Source: an uncultured Bdellovibrionales bacterium
GTDB taxonomy: Bacteria > Pseudomonadota > Alphaproteobacteria > Micavibrionales > SZUA-601
Direction: 5' to 3'
Assembly: GCA_964496065.1 (NCBI GenBank)
Contig: CAZBXD010000009.1
Coordinates: 1-46,725, forward strand
Length of the DNA: 46,725 nucleotides
The translations under genes and the position numbers were made by a program. The notes below the pieces were generated by a model. It searched no databases. It was given only the letters and a program-made list of their open reading frames with translations, and was not told the DNA's origin. Below are positions 45,105-46,725 of the stretch, piece by piece. The stretch's first letter is position 1, and the number at the start of each line of letters is the position of its first letter.

Positions 45105-46725
45105 TTAATTTGGAGCCACCCTTATTGCGTTATTTGTTAGATTTGGAAAAAGTTGCTCTGTTATTTCATAAAGGTCTTTTTCGATTTCCTCACGTTTATG
45201 ATTTAAAACATCGTCAAGTTTTCCTAGGATTATACCTATTTTGCCGGAATATGTTGTAATCCAGTTCTTAAATGCTTTTCTACCTTTTTCGGTTGAAAGC
45301 TCAGTCTTGAATTCTTCATGGGCAATAGTGTCAGCCTTTTTATTACCGTTACCTGTGAGAGCTTTTACGCATAGGTCAGTAAACTTTTTTTGATCGTTGC
45401 CTTTATCGTAACTCTCTTGATACGATTTTTTTATTGTAAGGCAGTAAGCTAAGAAAGCTGCGGTAGGGGTAGGTATTATCTTATCTTTTGAATTTCTTGT
45501 AAGGGTTTTTCCTGAAAATTTTATGTTGTTATGCCTTTTGGGGTCAGCAAACAAAGCCCAGGTGAGCTGATCAAGGTCAAGGACAATGCCGTTATCTTTT
45601 AAAATCTTGTCAACACCGTCATAAACTTCCCTTCCCTCTTTCATATTATCTCGTATTATTGTAACGACATTTTTATAAACATCTTTGGTTTTGTGCCAAT
45701 CATAGGCTTCGGCTATCTTCTTGCTCTTAGGTTTTTCTGGAACAGGAGTAGTTTCTAAAAACCCTTCCAACATAGTCAGACGCGTTTCAAAGGCATTTAG
45801 AATATGATTTTTATGACCAAGATGGTTTTGAATTTCTATGGCTTTAGCCACGAGAGGATCATCCGGTTTCTTTTGGAATAGGAAATTTTTAAAGGTAACA
45901 AAAGCCTTTAGTAGCCAATTTAGTTTTCCTATAACGTCGCCTCTATTTTGCCCAAACTGAGTATTTACACTTGCTTTTGTTTCTTCTGCAGGAGCCTCTT
46001 CAACTTTTTCGGCTGTAGCACTTGGAGTAGTTTTATGATTTTCTTCAACACTCGTCGGATTTTGCTGATCTTCAGCTATTGGGCTTGCGGCGGAGTTATT
46101 ATCATTGTCATGTGTCTTATCATTTTTATCATAAACTATAATCCCTTTTTGTTCGGCAAATTTCCTTATTAATTCCATGGCCTCGGAATTACTTGTTGTG
46201 ACAAATAAAACATCGTGTCCTTTTAGTATAGCGGCCATAACGTGGAACTTGGCCATACTTTCTAGACAATTATTATTTCCTTCTGGAGCGTAAGTAACAA
46301 CAGAGCCGATCGCATCAACGGTTTGCCATCCGTTGGGGGCAGTCAAGACAAGGCCACTTTTATTAGCAGCAATCGAAACCGTGATATCGCGATTATCAAG
46401 TTCTTTGGCATAAGCGCTGATAAGCTGATCATCAACATCTTGATTAAGCGCGCCGTAATACGTCTGCAGAAGTTCATACGTTGAACCTTCCTTCTTCTCA
46501 AAAGCCTTTTTAACTTCTTCCGCTTTTTCCGCGATTTCTTCCGGTGGATACCCTGAACTTAGTTGTTCTTTTAAACTATTGATTTTCTTTTGATTATCAG
46601 CTATTTTGATCTCAAGCTTCTCAATCTCTTTTTGTTTATCAAGGGCATTATGGGCTCTAGAGAAGATGTCCCGTGCAAAGGCAAGGGTTTTTTTTGCCGG
46701 CTCGGATAGATCTTTTTGGTCAAAT
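45105..46725 (-). CDS. Large hypothetical protein, 5'-truncated by the window edge (orphan, AT-rich, coiled-coil N-terminal part)
   Basis: The frame of the 413-aa ORF stays open for a further 126 codons up to base 46724, with no stop and no ATG/GTG/TTG. The TTG at 46346 is therefore probably an internal Leu. No domain is recognised. Confidence 0.6.
   Translation of the reverse strand, partial: FDQKDLSEPAKKTLAFARDIFSRAHNALDKQKEIEKLEIKIADNQKKINSLKEQLSSGYPPEEIAEKAEEVKKAFEKKEGSTYELLQTYYGALNQDVDDQLISAYAKELDNRDITVSIAANKSGLVLTAPNGWQTVDAIGSVVTYAPEGNNNCLESMAKFHVMAAILKGHDVLFVTTSNSEAMELIRKFAEQKGIIVYDKNDKTHDNDNNSAASPIAEDQQNPTSVEENHKTTPSATAEKVEEAPAEETKASVNTQFGQNRGDVIGKLNWLLKAFVTFKNFLFQKKPDDPLVAKAIEIQNHLGHKNHILNAFETRLTMLEGFLETTPVPEKPKSKKIAEAYDWHKTKDVYKNVVTIIRDNMKEGREVYDGVDKILKDNGIVLDLDQLTWALFADPKRHNNIKFSGKTLTRNSKDKIIPTPTAAFLAYCLTIKKSYQESYDKGNDQKKFTDLCVKALTGNGNKKADTIAHEEFKTELSTEKGRKAFKNWITTYSGKIGIILGKLDDVLNHKREEIEKDLYEITEQLFPNLTNNAIRVAPN

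Noticed and set aside
1-46725. I searched by eye for tRNA/rRNA genes, CRISPR repeat arrays, IS-element terminal inverted repeats or transposases, integrases and phage genes.
   Set aside because: Intergenic spacers are almost all under 200 nt. No periodic direct repeats, no cloverleaf-like or GTTCGAATC T-loop-containing segments, and no transposase- or integrase-like ORFs were seen. Covariance-model tools would be needed for certainty on small RNAs.

Overview
This 46.7 kb window is a densely packed chromosomal core region. Synteny and regulatory motifs point to an alphaproteobacterium. The supporting evidence is fabD-fabG-acpP-fabF-mltG, rsmA-surA-lptG-lptF divergent from holC, DUF2066-like/AI-2E/hda, rpoZ-spoT-DUF2062-acpS-lepB-rnc-era, FlaF, and a GTTC-N7-GTTC LexA-type box. 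Low-to-moderate GC, very short or overlapping intergenic spacers and missing expected neighbours (pepA, pdxJ, flbT) suggest a streamlined, possibly host-associated lineage; this is inference only and no species call is possible. I support about 47 CDSs, mostly housekeeping: phospholipid and fatty-acid synthesis, the replication proteins DnaB, HolC and Hda, ribosomal proteins S6/S18/L9, Mla and Lpt envelope transport, the stringent response, RNA processing, SAM synthesis and FtsEX. There is also a flagellar hook module, fliK-flgD-flgE then flaF, preceded by a perfect sigma-54 promoter. I found no rRNA, tRNA, CRISPR array, IS element or prophage. Four items are not explained by housekeeping functions. 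(1) A tightly coupled two-gene membrane module at 32155-34765: a C-terminally tail-anchored protein-kinase-fold protein in which every catalytic motif I could align by hand is degenerate (HGN for HRD, ECF for DFG), followed by a polybasic 4-TM protein. This is my best candidate for an undescribed system. (2) A 1213-aa LadS/RetS-like 7TMR-DISM hybrid histidine kinase with a roughly 250-aa disordered linker before its HPt domain and no partner gene nearby. (3) A self-contained promoter/SD/27-codon hyper-acidic ORF/terminator unit between the rpsF and fabD operons. (4) An AT-rich orphan gene at the right edge whose reading frame runs out of the window. All family assignments rest on motifs I recognise by eye; no database search was run.
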